Assembly: GCA_036172245.1 (NCBI GenBank)
Contig: JAYWIR010000014.1
Span: forward strand, 3,286,001 to 3,350,000
Length of the DNA stretch: 64,000 nucleotides
Direction of reading: 5' to 3'
Origin: Raillietiella orientalis
Lineage: Eukaryota
Each line of letters starts with the position of its first letter. The first letter of the stretch is position 1. The notes under the pieces were generated by a model, which had not been told where the DNA came from, searched no databases, and was given only the letters and a program-made list of their open reading frames with translations. A program made the translations under genes and the position numbers. This document shows, in pieces, positions 1 through 14,542 of this stretch.

Positions 1-211
1 AAGGGCGAGACTTGCATAAAAGTCTCACGCCGGTCACGCATCGAACAGCAGGAACAAGATGGAGTTCCACGGGAAATATTTGCATAAGAATCTACACGAC
101 GAACTTTCGAGTCTTCAGAAGGCCTCGAGCTAACCGGGGGAGAAGAGAGGAAAGGGGAGAAGGGGTAAGCAGAACCCGAGTTCGCAAAAGCAATCGTCTA
201 GACCACCGTTA

Positions 212-245
212 GCTTCTCGGCCTTTTGGCTAAGATCAAAGTGTAG
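212..245 (+). pseudogene. U2: 3'-truncated U2 snRNA retrocopy (5' ~35 nt) with target-site duplication
   Basis: GCTTCTCGGCCTTTTGGCTAAGATCAAAGTGTAG matches the conserved U2 5' end. It is flanked by a perfect 12-bp direct repeat TAGACCACCGTT (199-210, 243-254), whose first 3 nt overlap the U2 3' end. Confidence 0.93.
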
Positions 246-1429
246 ACCACCGTTTAAGTCAGAAAATGAAGATGACACGGAAACACTTGAAGGACCTGAC
301 TGGCTTCCGACTCAAGGAAGAGCCTCACAGACAACCCCTAGATTTGCTCTGTCGTTCCTGCTGCATCCACAGACACTTTTCAGGTAAGCAACAACTTGGT
401 GTAAGGAAACAAAAAATGCAAACTGCAAGATGAATCAACGCACATCTCGCCCCCCGTTTTTGTTTTGTTTCGACTTGACCATCCTCCCATGGCCATCTTT
501 TCGCGACATTTAATCATACATCGCACAACATCCAACAAGCTAAATTTCTGCTTGCATGTTTGTTTCGAGGCTTCGCACCGAAACAAGTGCTTGCAGCAAC
601 CCGCCTGTGGATGATTCTGTCGTGAGAACACTCACCCTTCCTGATACAGCAATTTCCATGGTTCTAATGGGATCGCATCGTACGTACACGTGCATCCATG
701 CAATTGCACATCTTTTCGACGCACGAGAAGCAAAAAATCTTGACGCTCAGCTCCCAGCACAACGCCTTCCGGGACACAAGACTCGATCGGAGGAACAAGC
801 AAGTGCAATCAATAACGAGTTGCTTTGGTGACGGTGAGGTTTGTCCGGATTCACGGAAATTCGAAACCCCGGATCGGATCCCAAGATCACGGCAGAGAAA
901 GAGAGAGAGAGTGTTCCCCTTTCTTGTTCGATTTCAATTCCCTCGTTCCCTCCGAAGCCGCAGGAGCGAAGGTTGATCTTTAGGAGGCACGCGTGGATCC
1001 CATAGGGATACGTGAATTTTCTCCCCATCGCCTCCGAAACTTTGGTGCCAAAAAAAAAAAAAAAAATCCGTCAATGAAATCACTGCGATTCAGCTGGAGA
1101 GCGCATCGAGGGATGCCTACTTTTCTCTTTTGTGATGAGATGAGGACAGTAAAAAAGTAATCTCGAAGGGTGATAATAAAATGCCCACTTCGAGGAGACA
1201 CACACCGAATTGCTCCTAAGAGAACACACAAAAGGGATTGTCCTCCGTGCCTCTAGCCAACTGGAACAACAAAATCAGGGAGGCAAAGAGGGGAGCTTAG
1301 TACGAGCTGACACCAAAGCACGATGCTTGCTGAGCTCACCATCCGTGCTAGAGGTACCTTCAACTACGAAAAGTTTCCGAACCTTACCATAGCAGCCTGG
1401 CATGGTGAGCGCCTCGAAACCAGTGAGTG

Positions 1430-2330
1430 CTCCGCTCCCGGTGTTTCGTGAGCGACCGAAAGGGAAACCAAGGCGGTTATTGTCATGAGAACCAGGTGAA
1501 GGAGACCAACTCGTCATTCGGTCAAACGCACGGATGTCTTGCCTCCGCGAAGGTACGGATACCTCAACCGATTCGGACTCCACTCCAGCAGCTGCAGCCG
1601 ACAGGTCTACCCAGTCCGATGGAACAACAGCCGGAATCCTCCAAACATGCTTTCCAGTGTTTCGGTATCGCTCTACGATGGAGTGTGGACCACGCTGATT
1701 GGCAAGCAAACTTTTAAGAAGCTTCGACTCGAACAGGTTTGCGGAAGCCGCCGAAAGTACCAACTGGTTGCCCTTTCCCACTGTCCGTCCATTCTCAAAC
1801 AAGATAAATCACCAAGGCTACGAAGACTGTAAGTGCCGCTTGCAAGCTCTCTCTCGAATTTGCCGGGCGACATCGAAGTCCGAAACGCAAAACGGAAGGG
1901 AAGCGGAAGGGACCCCTTGTGGTGCACAAGTCGTTGCGCATCGATCAGAATTTACCAACCTATATGGGCACGAAAGCCCAGACTTCCTGAACATCGGCCG
2001 GAGAAGGTTTAATCAAGAGTGCTCCTGGCTCTCATGGATATTTAGAGATCAGAAGATAAATAACGGTATCGAGAGGCATTTCAGAGGTAATGCTCCTTTT
2101 GCTGGTCTTTCGCAATAGGTATCCTCGACGACGACAACGGTATGATCCAGCACAATTCGCATTCACGTGAGCAGTAGATGAACAAGAAGAGCACAAGGAT
2201 GAGGGATCTACAGAAGGGTTACCTTATGCATCCTTAAAGCAAATTTCAAAGCTACCAGAAATGCACGACCAATGGCTGAGGTATTCTTCGAGCAACGGAA
2301 GGAAGAAGCGAATGATTTTGGAGGAATGGG
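1430..2330 (+). mobile_element. Decayed RTE-clade LINE, RT C-terminal region
   Basis: Frameshifted echoes of RTE C-terminal motifs occur in order: LEQV..KY, NLYGHES, WIFRDQKINN, IHVSSR, RNARP..FEQRKEE (cf. LLYGxExW, WxDKIxN, GHVxRM, GRPxxRWxD). Multiple stops. Confidence 0.45.
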
Positions 2331-5300
2331 GTCACATCACACCTCCTCCGAATGTGGAATGCTGTTGGGATTTTGTTCTGTACCCCCGTCCCCGAAGCTG
2401 TCGAATGTATTCTTCGAAAGTGTTTTTTTTTTTGGTGTATGTGTAGTAGTGTGTAGGGTGGGGGAAGGAAGCGAAGGGGGAGAGAACTAGGACAGGATCC
2501 TCGACCCCGGTGAACAACGCTCAGTCCAACGATCTGCTGATTAAGGGTCTACCACGAAATGACACGCTGTGCATGACGCGCTACAAGGTCTACAGAAGCA
2601 CTGAATGCTCTTACTACTATGGTTCGATCGCTTTCAAATCGATGAATGGGATTCATTGTTGATGATTCCAACAGCGTGGAAGCATCTGAAAGTTCCGGGA
2701 CGTCCGCATATACTCTGACGAGGCACGAGTGAACGCACACGGTAGCCTTGTCAATGCTGATTCAGTCGCAAAAAGCACGCTTTTTCTTAGCACATTCCAG
2801 ACCGTGATGGCACTCGGGTTTTCCCAACATCAGTCTGTATCTTTTTGCAGCATGCTTTTGTGCGGCCATCGCCAAGCATGAAGAAGAACGTCATCAGATC
2901 GCTGTGGATGCCGGCTCTTCAGAATTTTCTCTTCTTGCAAACTCATCTTTCAGAGATGCCATTTCACACACGAAGACACAAATAACCACCGAGTACCACC
3001 ACACTGACACAAACACGGAACTCACAAACACACGCGTGTGGGCCCCTACGGAAAAACGACCACAGGTTCAGACGACACAAGAAGGAGAGACGCACTTTGC
3101 ATATCGATGTACACGTTTGGCACCACTAGCAAAAAATAGAGCGTTTCCTCAGGAACAATTCTTTCAGTGAGCGAAGACTATAGATAGAAGTAAACAAACG
3201 AACAGATGTGGTCACGAAGATGAAGTAGATTAGGATCTTTAAGAAAGCAGCTACGGATAAGACAGGGGGATACTGAACACCAGTGATGATACTCTGATCA
3301 ACACATTATTTAAAGAAAATTGGGGAAATTCATATGAGCGACGAGGAAATTGGGGAAAATGCAGCAGCAAAAAAAAAGAAAAAAGCATCTTTGTGAAAGC
3401 CTCGTTTGGATGGGACACACCGAATGGGGAGAGCCTGAGGAAAGAAAGCACACCTCAATGACTTTGAATCCCTCTGATTCACGTACCTACTCGGGTCATG
3501 CACTTGCACCCTTACCGTATCGACATAGGAGAGCGTTTCCACGGAGGCCGTCCTGGAGAGACTAAAGGAAACAGCACAAGACGACCCGGCGAAGAGCAGC
3601 AAGCAGCGCACGCACCGGGAACGAGCCGCCCTAAGACCGACCAAGAGATCCAGCACGACACAGTAACGGTAGGAGAGTAAAAACTCTTCGCCGTCTCCGC
3701 CCTTGCCGCCACCACTGAGGGCAGAACACTAATTTTGCAAAACACAATCGCTGCTTGCGGTGGCCATGTTATCAGGCAACTCCCTTTGATGTTGGTCTCG
3801 AGTAGTTTCTTGCGGGAGTTGCGCGTGCGTGCGTGTGCATGTTTTTTCTTTCCTCCCTCCCCCTTTCGCCTCACGTGGCCATTGTCACCACCAGTTTGCA
3901 TCAGCACCCACGCCATTTAATACAAAGATGCGTCAACATCGACTACTCCTTCATTTGCTCAATAAATCAGATGATCTTTGACCTTTTCCGCTGATTTCTG
4001 CGTCTCTGCGGAGCTCGTGTCACGGAAACGAAAGCGAAGTAACCGAAAGGCCCGAATCGGAAGCTGAAGATCGGTGTCTTAGAGACTCGAGAAACTTCAT
4101 TATCGGCTCATCCACTTTCCACAAATTGCCTTGTCGTGATGCTCAGTTTCCTCTCGGCTCCGAAGGCAACGTCTCGGGCAGCGATCCGAGCTTCGTCTTC
4201 GCTTTCGACCATCCTCCTCCTCTTCCTTGAGCGGCTTCACTTTCGAGGACACGAGAGCCTCTCAAGAGACCTCAAACCATCTTCAAAGGCTCGTTTGGGA
4301 GGAAAAAGGGGAGACCCTCCCAAAACCAGGAGTTGGCCAGTTTCAACGCAACTTTCCCCCTAATGGTCCACGATCTCTCGAATGAGCGCAGAACTCATCT
4401 CTCACCACTTTCAGCAATGGCCGTCGAACGGTTCCGCTCCCCTCACCTTGCTTCCTTGCACCACCTTTCCTTGAGAAGGCGTTCGCATGGGCAAACAAGT
4501 TGAGGAATGACCATGGATATTCCTCACCGTGCCACCATCCCATAGCAAGCGAAAGGTCTCGCCCCTGCTACTGCAGAGGCCACGAGCTGCAAAGCACTGT
4601 CGCTTCAATCAGGTCCTCCGAGTTGCACTCCAGACCAATAAGAGGGGGGGGGGGGAAGCAAAGGCCAACACCGCCGCCGCCGCCGCCCAGGAAAACGCAT
4701 CGCCAGCAGTTCGCGAACGAATTCCTTCCAGACGCAGTTACGCCCCGAGAACTGCAATCTGGTGCATACGAAGTGCTCGCTTTCGGATGAACTCTAGAAG
4801 GAAGCCGGCGCGACCCTATGAAAACATCCTATTACTTCCTGGCCAGACTAAGGAATGCAGCTGAAGGTATTTCTTGGGACATTATCCAGGCCATGAAAGG
4901 GTTCCGAAGCACATTCGGGTAACCGCGATCCAGATGAAAGGAGTCGCAACAGAAGAACACAATTTCCATGCGCTACATGTTCCCTAGCAGGGCCCTTGTC
5001 GGATCCATGGCGAAGACGAGGGAATGCATGTGCTCTTCATATAATGTTACGCCTCGGGAAAGAAAGACTCTCCAAGCACGCCGTGCTGGCCGGCCGTGCC
5101 ATCTGAGGCAAACGCGCGCGCGCACGAAGAGGCGGCGAAACAGCGAGCACGGGCGGCGGATCCGCGCGCGATTAATGAACGTCGGAACCGACTCTTCCTC
5201 ACCAAAATTCCAAGGACGGAGCGAGAGAGAACGCAAGCGATCTTCTTGAGCACGCAGCGGGTCCAGGGCGACTTTTGCTTCCACCCACCTCACTTTCCAG

Positions 5301-8300
5301 CAGCGATTTGCTTCACTCGAACCTCGACAAGACTCTCCTCCAGGATGCAGCGAGGCGCTGCAGACGAAGAGAAGAGCAAAAAACGGCACTTGCGTAAAGA
5401 GGAGGGGGGTGGGGTATGGTGGCACCCGTTGGACAGACGGGAAGGACAGACGAGGGAAGCATAGCTGCAGCACGAAACAAACTACGAGATCATTTCTAAC
5501 GAGTTTTGCGCTATGCTGCGATGCAAACCGTGGAGCGGCGGCGTAATTACAAACACCGTCGTAGCTGCGATGTACCAAGTACTCGGTAAAGTGGGAACCC
5601 TGGCAAAAAGAGCAACCTTAAAAAGAAATGTAGGGTGTGACACGTAACATGCGAGAGCACCAGAAAGTGGCTAAGGAAACGGAAATGGAGAACCATGTTA
5701 GCAGCAGGGGCAGCAGCAAGGAACGGAAAATCGAGCATGAAAGGAGTGGCTCCGAACGAGACGAGCGCTACAAGGCGGTGCCAAAAGCACATCTTTGTGC
5801 TTCTGCCGTTTCAGGAACTTGCGCAGGGGGTTCGGCGCACCTTTCGTCCACGAGGTCGGAGCAAGCTCCAGCGGCGCCGGTTCTGCTCGGAGAAACGAAT
5901 GCAACACGGAAAAGGTTCCTCGTTACGGTAAGGAGTCGACACGAAATCGATTGATTCGAAAATCTGTCATTTCCGAACACCATGAGTAACACCTCGAGGG
6001 TTTGAGAGTCTGGCATAAATCTGAGGTCCAAGCATTGCGAAAACGTAAAGCCAAGCAAAGATAAAAACTGTTTCCAGGAGTCGAAGAGTCGATGGATGCA
6101 CCCGGGATGTCTCGGGATGCAGCAATTGAACAAACGCACGCTGGATCATCCTTCCAGCATCCGCTTTACGCCAACTTCTGTCTCTTCAAAACCATACGTG
6201 TACGCAATCCATCCTCTCCAGAAAATAAATGCTCCGGAAGCGAGCTCCTTGACCAGTCATCCTGCACGTATTTTATCGCTCCAGGTAAAAGAATTCTCAA
6301 ATCTGAATATTTTTCTGATATTACCAAATCGGCCATTCGGAGCTCTTGATCTTCCACAGTGCACTGTCGCTCCAGGAAAAAACAAGGTGAGCTAGAGGGA
6401 CTGCGAAAGACGCCTTGTTTTTTTAATTTCAGGAGCAATTTGACCAGTCCTATGGGATCCCTCGATTAGTTGAGGACGTTGGTAATCATTCAGAGACAGC
6501 CTCCCTGAGCTCGCTGCGTTCAGAAGGACCATCAAGCACAAGAGCTCTTCCGAATAGATGGCGCCACTGATGGGTTAGCAGCCGCTGCTGTGATGGAATT
6601 ATCCAGACGCAGCCTTCAGAGGGTGGACGCATCTACAGATATATCACAGATTACGCTCATGCAAATCTCCCGGGACGGTTGCTTGTTCTTTGTTTCGTCA
6701 GGCTTTCCAGTCCGTTGCCCCAAACAACCCAGAAAGCACTCGTCTCTTCGAATACGCGGTTTGCCTCCCTTCGCTTCTCCCTTTCCAGTTTCTCAACTCA
6801 TCTCGAAGAGAAATCCATTCGTTCCCTGCTTCTAACACAACTCTGCAAAACCTATTCCTGAGCACTGAATCCAGACTTCGTGCACGGCTTGAAGTTTCCT
6901 TCGATCGTCTGAGGGGAGGAACCCTCACCAGATGTACGAAGCCACGAATCCCAAATTTGCCTTTGGACTTGTAGCATGTCAGCACGCACGAAAGGAGGAA
7001 CGGATGTGTGAGGATCGGGCATGTAGCGGAGATTACAAAATCGACCACGCTGTAATGATGCAAGGAAACACGGCGCTTCGCATCTTTCGCTGAAGAAGAG
7101 CACTCGTCTCACACTGGTGCTTCAACCGTACAACCGTTGTGAAATCCTTGTCACTGAGGACCGACTGCATCTGCCCATCACTGGGACCATAGCAGGTGAA
7201 AGCTTCGACTCGGTGACTGTCTCGTTGCGATTTCGGTTTCGACGATGGACTCCACCTCACGTGCCTCACGTTCCCGTAGGGTACTGGCAGAAGAGGAAAG
7301 AGCTGCTTTCGGAGATGGACTTCGCTCTTGATATGTTCCCTGCCTTCGAAGCATTGCTAATCCATTACGAGTGGCAGGAAACGTCCTTGGTGTCCTCAGA
7401 ATGAGGACACTAAGAAGGAAAGAACCGTGGCCCGTTTGCCGAGCAGGACGACAAGGCCGTGGGATACAACTCCGGATGCAATTGCGTCGATAGATACCCG
7501 CCTTTGTAACGGAGCAAAAAGAAGAAAAGCCCAACACGTCTGGGGAGTACACAACCCATTTCATCTCTTAGAAGCTGCGCTGCACACCATGCGCTCCTTG
7601 ACAGCAAATTCAATCGACAGCCGCGCTGACATGCATAGCAGTGCGAAATGTGCACATGCTGCAGGTCACTGGTGGGGATGGTCTCGTGACATCAGGTCAG
7701 CGCATTGGGAAAATTTTCAAGAGCCCCACCCTCTTGCTCCCCACGTCTGCTTCCGAAGAGCAAAGAAGCCCCTTGCACTGGACAGAACGGTTGCTGCTGC
7801 TGCAACATCTTTAGAAGAGAAAGCTGCGTGAAGCTGAATACTCTGCTCCCGCAGCAACATTCCCCTCCCTCAACTCTCCCGATCCTAACTTCTGTGTCGA
7901 GCGAGGAATGCAAAAATCCAGCCGTGTAAAATTCTGCAGTGTCAACACCTTAATGCACCCAGCACAGAGACCACATCATCTTCACAGAATGGTTACGCGG
8001 GCAACATGGCCTCCGCTGGGAACCAAGCAGCTCGGACGTGAAAACGTCTTCGGGAAGGAGGGTGGGAAGAAGGGGGGATGAGAACACCAATGACTTCCTC
8101 CCGATCATCTTGCTGCAAAAGGAAAGTGCAGACGAGCAGTCCCGAGACTGACCAGCCATCTTCACGCGCAAGGGAAGAGAGCTCAGGATGTTCGACTGGA
8201 TCTGCGTCCGTGGGGATGACAGCAAAGTCATCAGCTGAGAAAAATTGGAACACTTCAGCCATTAACGAAGTGATGGCTGGCTGCTATCTCTAGGATACAC

Positions 8301-10279
8301 ATGATCGCAGGGCACGCTTGTTTTCCATAGGTTCGCTTCCCGGTTATCTATTATGGACATCGAGGTGGCAAAAACCACGAAAAGGGAGCAAAACTGGATG
8401 AAAATACGAAGGCACTGCAACGGGTCGGGTCTCTCGTGATCTCAGATGCGGAGAGATGCCGCTGAGTGCTGGAAAGGGATGGGACGCTTCGAGAAAACGA
8501 ATCCGAAAAGTCGAAAATTTCCTCGATAAAAGAAAAGCTGCATGATCCCGGCACCGAGAGAGTCTCATCGCCTCGACATTCTTCGAGTGACAGTGCCTTC
8601 CATCATCAGGAAAACTCATTAGCTTGCTGTGTGATGCGCTCGGAGATCCCTAAAAATCCAGCCGGGGTGACGTCATACGCGTGAAAGACGCTAATGCGAT
8701 CGCGGACACGCTTCTGGAATCCTTACGAGAGAACAAAAGCGCGGATGTCTACAAATCGGAGCCTCCCAAATCACCAAACAACCGTGCCTCCCAGATGCGT
8801 TCAGATTCCTAGCAGCCGAACAAAACAAAGGGCTCTCTGTCCTTCGGGGTCTCGCAATGGTTCCTGATGGCGTTTCTTCGTACTTTCAATTCAGACTTAC
8901 AGAGCGTTATCGATCGGTTTGATGGCCTCATTGCTGCTACCACGAAAACGCAACGACGTGGATCGATGGTTTGCCCCGATCCTCTCTACGGATGAAAATT
9001 TCCTGCAAAACTTCGGGGCAGCCGTCAAGGTGCAGTTGAAATACACGACTGTTCTGGGACACAAAGGTCCCAATTCCCAAAGGGAATTGGCGCTAAAAGA
9101 CACACTTCCTGCAAGAGCGCCATTGTCTGGCGCCAGAGAATGGGCTTCCTCTCAGCATCGAGGAACGCTTGAGATTTTGCACCCTCGAAATTTAAAGGTG
9201 CAGGTTTGGCGTCCAGCAAACACGTGAGAGGTGCGGATGGGAAGTTTCTGCAGAAACGCAACGGTGAGTCGTTTAAGATGCGTTCTAATCGAGTCTCAAG
9301 CACATCACAACCCTCTTTCGTGCTTCATCCCCTAAGCAAGTCACTAACAGTCTGTTAAACTGCTTGTGAAATTTCACCACCCGAGTCGCCAGTCTGCAGC
9401 GATCACAGGAGTTTAAAGAATTCATGAAAAATCATGCGGGCTACATGCAGACTCGATTTCTGCAAGAGATTCAGGAAGCAACGAAGCTGCATTTCCGGCG
9501 ATAGCTGTTCAGTTACAAGAGAGTAAGGAATCACCTAAGGATAAGTAGAAAGCGAGATCTAGCAGGGCTGCACTAGCACGCCCACTCTGGAAGAGTCCAG
9601 CCAGGTCTCCGGAAGACAGAAAAAGAGAGGGGGGAGGAAAAAAAAAAATTAGGCAGGATCCTGTTTCTCTAATCGCTTCCAACGGTTTCGAACTGTCTCT
9701 AAGAAGAAGCAGGAAACACAAGAGAAAGTCTTTCTATTACAGTCCCCACGGAGTATGGACGGGGAACCCGCACAGCAGAATACCTCAATGTACACTCTCA
9801 TTCAGGTAAGGGACAGAGTGCTTGTCGGCACACTCACCTGCAATCGGGTTCTGGAACTCATGCTCCCTTTCAGCAGTTTCAGCCGAGTCTCGCCTCTTTT
9901 CACTGTTGTTTCTAAAGGAGAACAGGAAGATCTGGAACGTCAAGTTTCTTGGACCAGGTCTGATTGTGAAACTCTCATTGGTTAACCGAAATCGAATTTG
10001 AATGGAAATGAAGTCAGGTGGCGAGTGGCTCCATCAAAAAACATCTCGATGAAAAAAATGCAGACGTTCGAAACAGTGCAGCATCTGTTTACATTTTTTT
10101 TTTTTGTGTTTCCCCATACGAAAATGGATTCGTGCATGGTGGAAGAATGTCCGAGAGAACTCGGTAAATAACCGTCTCTAAATCCATAAAGGACCGACGA
10201 CTGATCGCCTTTTGAAAAGTGACGTTAGAATCACGATAATCAAGATATAGCTCAAGAATTTTGTTCGGAAAAATAAAAG

Positions 10280-11160
10280 AAGAAGACAAAACGCCAGGAA
10301 GGAAGCAGTACGAATGACGTTGGCTTCGTGAGTTTCATCAAATCAAATGGAATTAAAAGACCATCAGCGTTCGGAAAGAACTCGACGAGGAGTCCGCAAC
10401 AAGAGAGGACCAAGAATGCAAATCCAGGTAATAAAGACTAACAAGTGCAGACCTGAAGTGGCCAAACAGGGATTCCTGTAATGGAACGTCACTGATAATT
10501 TACCAGAGCTTGATCACGCAAAAATCAGCAATCACAGGATTCCGTTGCTACGAAGACATGCCTAGTTTGCTCGGCTGCTAAGTTGCTCTTCCGTAGCAGC
10601 AATTACGAGCCTTAAGCACAGCTGTCGAGGAGGGCTGAGAATCCGAAATCATCATAAGGCAATCGCAACATATTCGATTAAATGGCACTTGATGTTAGAA
10701 AGCCGACTGCACAAAGAGTTTCCGGAATGCCCAAATGCAAGGTGGCCCGTGTTGCTTGGAGGCAGCCACCAAGCAACACGCCTTCGGTATACGTATGAGC
10801 ACTCATTAGGATGTGACAGTCAATAACGTGGTACCTATCACAATGAAGAGTAAAGCGTCTTTCGTCGCAACCCAGCAACGAAAATCGACGCAAGATGCTT
10901 TCTGAATTGGCTGTTGAGTGCAGCCAAGGGCAACACGTACGAGTCCCACCCAGTTTATGAGTATCTGGGAACAAGCATCGCAAGAAAGGGCATGCATCGC
11001 AAGAAGTCAGCATACTGGGGGGTTTCACCTAAATTGGTCGTGTTCCGGTTTACGAGTATATGGAAGTCTCCACGGAAAACTGTCGACTGGAAAACAATAG
11101 CGTCAGTGTCGAATAGGCGAACCCTAACGAGAAGCTATAATGGGTACTGCTAAAGTCCTA
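10280..11160 (+). mobile_element. Decayed RTE-like LINE reverse transcriptase remnant
   Basis: Ordered echoes: KTPG (~10288), GTSL..ITGFR (~10490-10545), VYEYLGTSIARKG and FTSIWKS..KT in ORF 10914-11153 (cf. FxYLGSxI, LxxIWxS). Broken by stops. Confidence 0.45.
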
Positions 11161-14100
11161 TAACGACTAAGAGCAATACCAAATTACGCAAGAACAGGGA
11201 AACTGGATTTTTTTTTTTTTTTTTCCCTCCAAGCATCTATGCACGAGAGATAAGCTGTACGTCACAATAGCTGGAACTCTGGTTATCAGATTTGTATAAT
11301 CAGTAGCACTTCAAGCTCTTTTGAACTAGGAGGAAAAATAACAAGCCACACTGAGTGACCTCCAGCAAAAAACACTGACGAGATTTTGGCACTTTATTAA
11401 TTTGAATACGTTTTCCGTTCCAAGCTTTCTTTTTCGTGAGGATCCACCCCTTTCCGGGACTGCTTTGCTTGATTCCTCATGTCCTTTGTCTACGCTTTTG
11501 GAATGAAACATGATAAAAATAAACACTGATGCACTGGATGTTGAGTTTCTCAGATTTTGAAATCCATGTGTATATATATATATATAGGAGTGTGGTTTCT
11601 GTGTATGTGTGCTTGCCTGCCTCCTTGTCATTCAATTCCAGGTGCCCGATTTCTTGCTGACAGAATAAGGCGTTGAAGAAGTGCTTGTTCGGGATTGGGG
11701 ACAATGCTCATGCAAATGATTCCTCCCATTAAAATAAAGCATAACGGAGGGAGGGGGAAAAACGACGCACCAAACATTCCAGAACATCTACACATTCGTG
11801 CGGCGGCAGCCCGAGACCGGGCAATTCTGAACTAAAGAACACATTTTGCCACCAATCGCGTTATGCTCTCTGTCCTTTAAATTTATGTGAAACGAATCCT
11901 TCTGAACGGCAGGCATCTTCGACTAGGAATGATGGTGAACCTTCCTGTTCGTACGACTGGCATCTATGAATGTTTGCAAGAGCCATCCATAATTTCCGAC
12001 TATAATTTCCGACTACGAAACCTCCAGGGTTACCACTCCACAGGAAGCGCTATTGATAAACGTAGTCTTCGTATTTTCTGCCCTTCGGAAAGTTTGCAGC
12101 ACACGTTTTTTTCATATGTATGCGATAAACGTGCATCTTCGTAACCATTTGCCTAACACTTTTCCTATTTCATCATCGCACAGTGTGCATTCACTACACA
12201 ACAGGAAGCTTCGGGTCAGCTTGCATCCGGTTTTGGACAATGGCACTCCAAGTACTTCACAACTTGGAACAGATTTTGATAGAAGCAAGACGATTCCCAA
12301 TTTGCATACTCCTATCCTGCTGTCGTTTTGCTGGACGGGGCACTAATTCATAAGTGCTTTCGATTATTTAACCGCGCTTTAACTATTTGCATCACTGTTT
12401 CATGCTTTCCATCCTGTCCGGATTGTTCTTCGATAGTGTTTCTTCAAATGCTGTGTGGCCCAGTGTTTCCCACTATTGCCATTTTTCATAGTGATTTCCT
12501 GTTTCGTTTTTCGTCATCACATGACCAACGTTCTCGATTAGAACAGCACCTAAAATTGCGTTCAGTCCAAGTCAACAGCCCACTTTCAAAGAGATTGTCG
12601 GGCTGCTAATAAGTAGCCGCCATTATTTTCATCTTCCGGTCAGATAGAGCGGACATGCTTAGACCTGAATCCAATGCTTCCCTGGTTTGACACCTTTGAG
12701 ACCCGCTGCAGTCCAAAGTACAACGCTGATGAGTGAATTCCTGAACTGCTTTCGTGGACTAGGTGGACAACCACGGAATATCCGCTGCCCTCCGAGGCTC
12801 GATTCCGGAATCCCGACTTTGGCACGTCCACCTCTCTGGAAACGCTCTGGTCTCGGGTCTTGCGGGAATGCATGAAGCTGATGCCTCCTGATAGCAACAG
12901 CAGAATCTCGAAACCCGTGCTTGGTGTTTCCTTACTTGATAACGATTGCACTGTCATCTTCGGTACACGACTGGAAATTTGTAGTAACGGCCTGGATTCG
13001 TTTTGGCAAAGATTCAGCTTCCCTCTATGCTGCCCCAACGAGAAATGAGCTGCCTCGGGTTTATCCTCTCGATCGAAATCCAAAACCTGAGCAGCAAGAT
13101 CCCTGTGCGTTCCCGTGCTCCTCGAGAATCTGGCGGTAGAGGGTACTCAAAGGGCGCTAGCGCCGCCGGCAACCCTTGCCGGAGAGCTTCAGCACAAATC
13201 CTCCAAAAGATCAAGAGCGCTCGGCAGCCCGTTGGCACAGCCAAGTCACATGATTCGCGGCGACCGCGCTTGGCACACAGGTCACAAGGAGAAGTGGCCA
13301 CGCTTGTGCGACTCGTTTGCATTCCAGAATTTTTCCGCGGAAATCCCTAAGGCTGCGGGTGTCCGGAAACGTCGGAAATCCTTCGAAAGGATCGGTTCCG
13401 GAAAGCTCTCTCTGTCTTCCCATTTCCCCGAAGGGCCCAAGAAAAAAAAAAAGAAAGAAAAAAGAAACTCCTCGGAGGCGAGGTGAATCAGCTCCGCCGT
13501 TTCCGTGAATGTGCTGGTGGCAAGTTTCAACACGCCATGCCCGAAATCGGCAGCAGAGAGCTTTAAGAGCGGTTCGTAATCTCTTTTGTATATCGCATTC
13601 TACGAGTCGAATAGCGTAACGCAAGGCAAACCCCACGTTTGCTGACGTCACGGAACCATCGCCGATATTCCGCGCGATGCGAGCGCAAGTACACGATTCG
13701 TGCACTAAAAATAACGCCGGGGCGCGCGTATACAGATGACACACGAGTGAGTGTACAAAGGAAATGCCTTTTCGAAACGGCGTTTTCCACAGAGAGACCG
13801 TACCACCGGGTGAATTCAAAATCCTGCGAAACCGAACCAAACCGATCACCTCAGAAATCAGAAGCACGTCGTATGCAAAGTGCTCCAGCAGGAGCTTGCG
13901 TGCTGCGGATGCTTCCGTTCCGACGACGTACACTCCCCCCACCCCATCCCCCACCCCACCCCAAAAAAAAAAAAAGGAAGACCCGTAATTTCGGCAGTCC
14001 AGGAAACAAAAATGGCAAAAAAAGTGTGTTCGCTGTGTGCTCTCAAAGGCGGCGGCGGCGTACGTTATTTGGGAATCTCCCAAGCAGCACACTTCACGAG

Positions 14101-14516
14101 ACACCGTTTTCCTTCTTCACTTTCCCTCCGTACCATCCCGGACTTATACAGATTCGTTCACATGGCGAAGGAAGCTGGAATTTCAGATCCCCGGTCCGAT
14201 CGAGCTGCCGCAATTTCCGTACAGTCATGATTTCCACGGCTGCAGTGAGGAGCCAATCAACACACAACACGCACGGGGATGATCAGGCTAATTTCAGAAA
14301 ACTTAAATACCATACAAAGAAATAAATTGGCAATTCGTTTCGAACACCCTTCTTCACTGCCTCATCCGAACGTTTCAAACGAGCCGTGCATGCGAGAAGA
14401 AAACCCACTCGAAAAAAAAAGGGAGCGGCGGAGTGCTTGAGATCCTTTTGCACGGCTCGCGAATTTTCCCCGAGCGCGCGCGCGCATGCGTACAGCGAAA
14501 GGCGGGGGGAGGGAGG

Positions 14517-14542
14517 GAGAGAGAGAGAGAGAGAGAGAGAGA
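14517..14542. repeat. (GA)n microsatellite followed by an A-run
   Basis: Read directly from the sequence. Confidence 0.9.

Noticed and set aside
5990..9130. Exon-like segments with plausible splice sites
   Set aside because: They could not be joined into a coherent frame or a recognisable protein.
11276..11301. U5-like ACTCTGGTT..CAGAT; also U6-like ACACGCAAAT near 29336
   Set aside because: Matches are short and gapped, lack the invariant motifs and have no TSD.
13211..14325. Overlapping 297-aa (-) and 228-aa (+) ORFs
   Set aside because: They run through homopolymers and show no recognisable domain, so they are likely chance ORFs.
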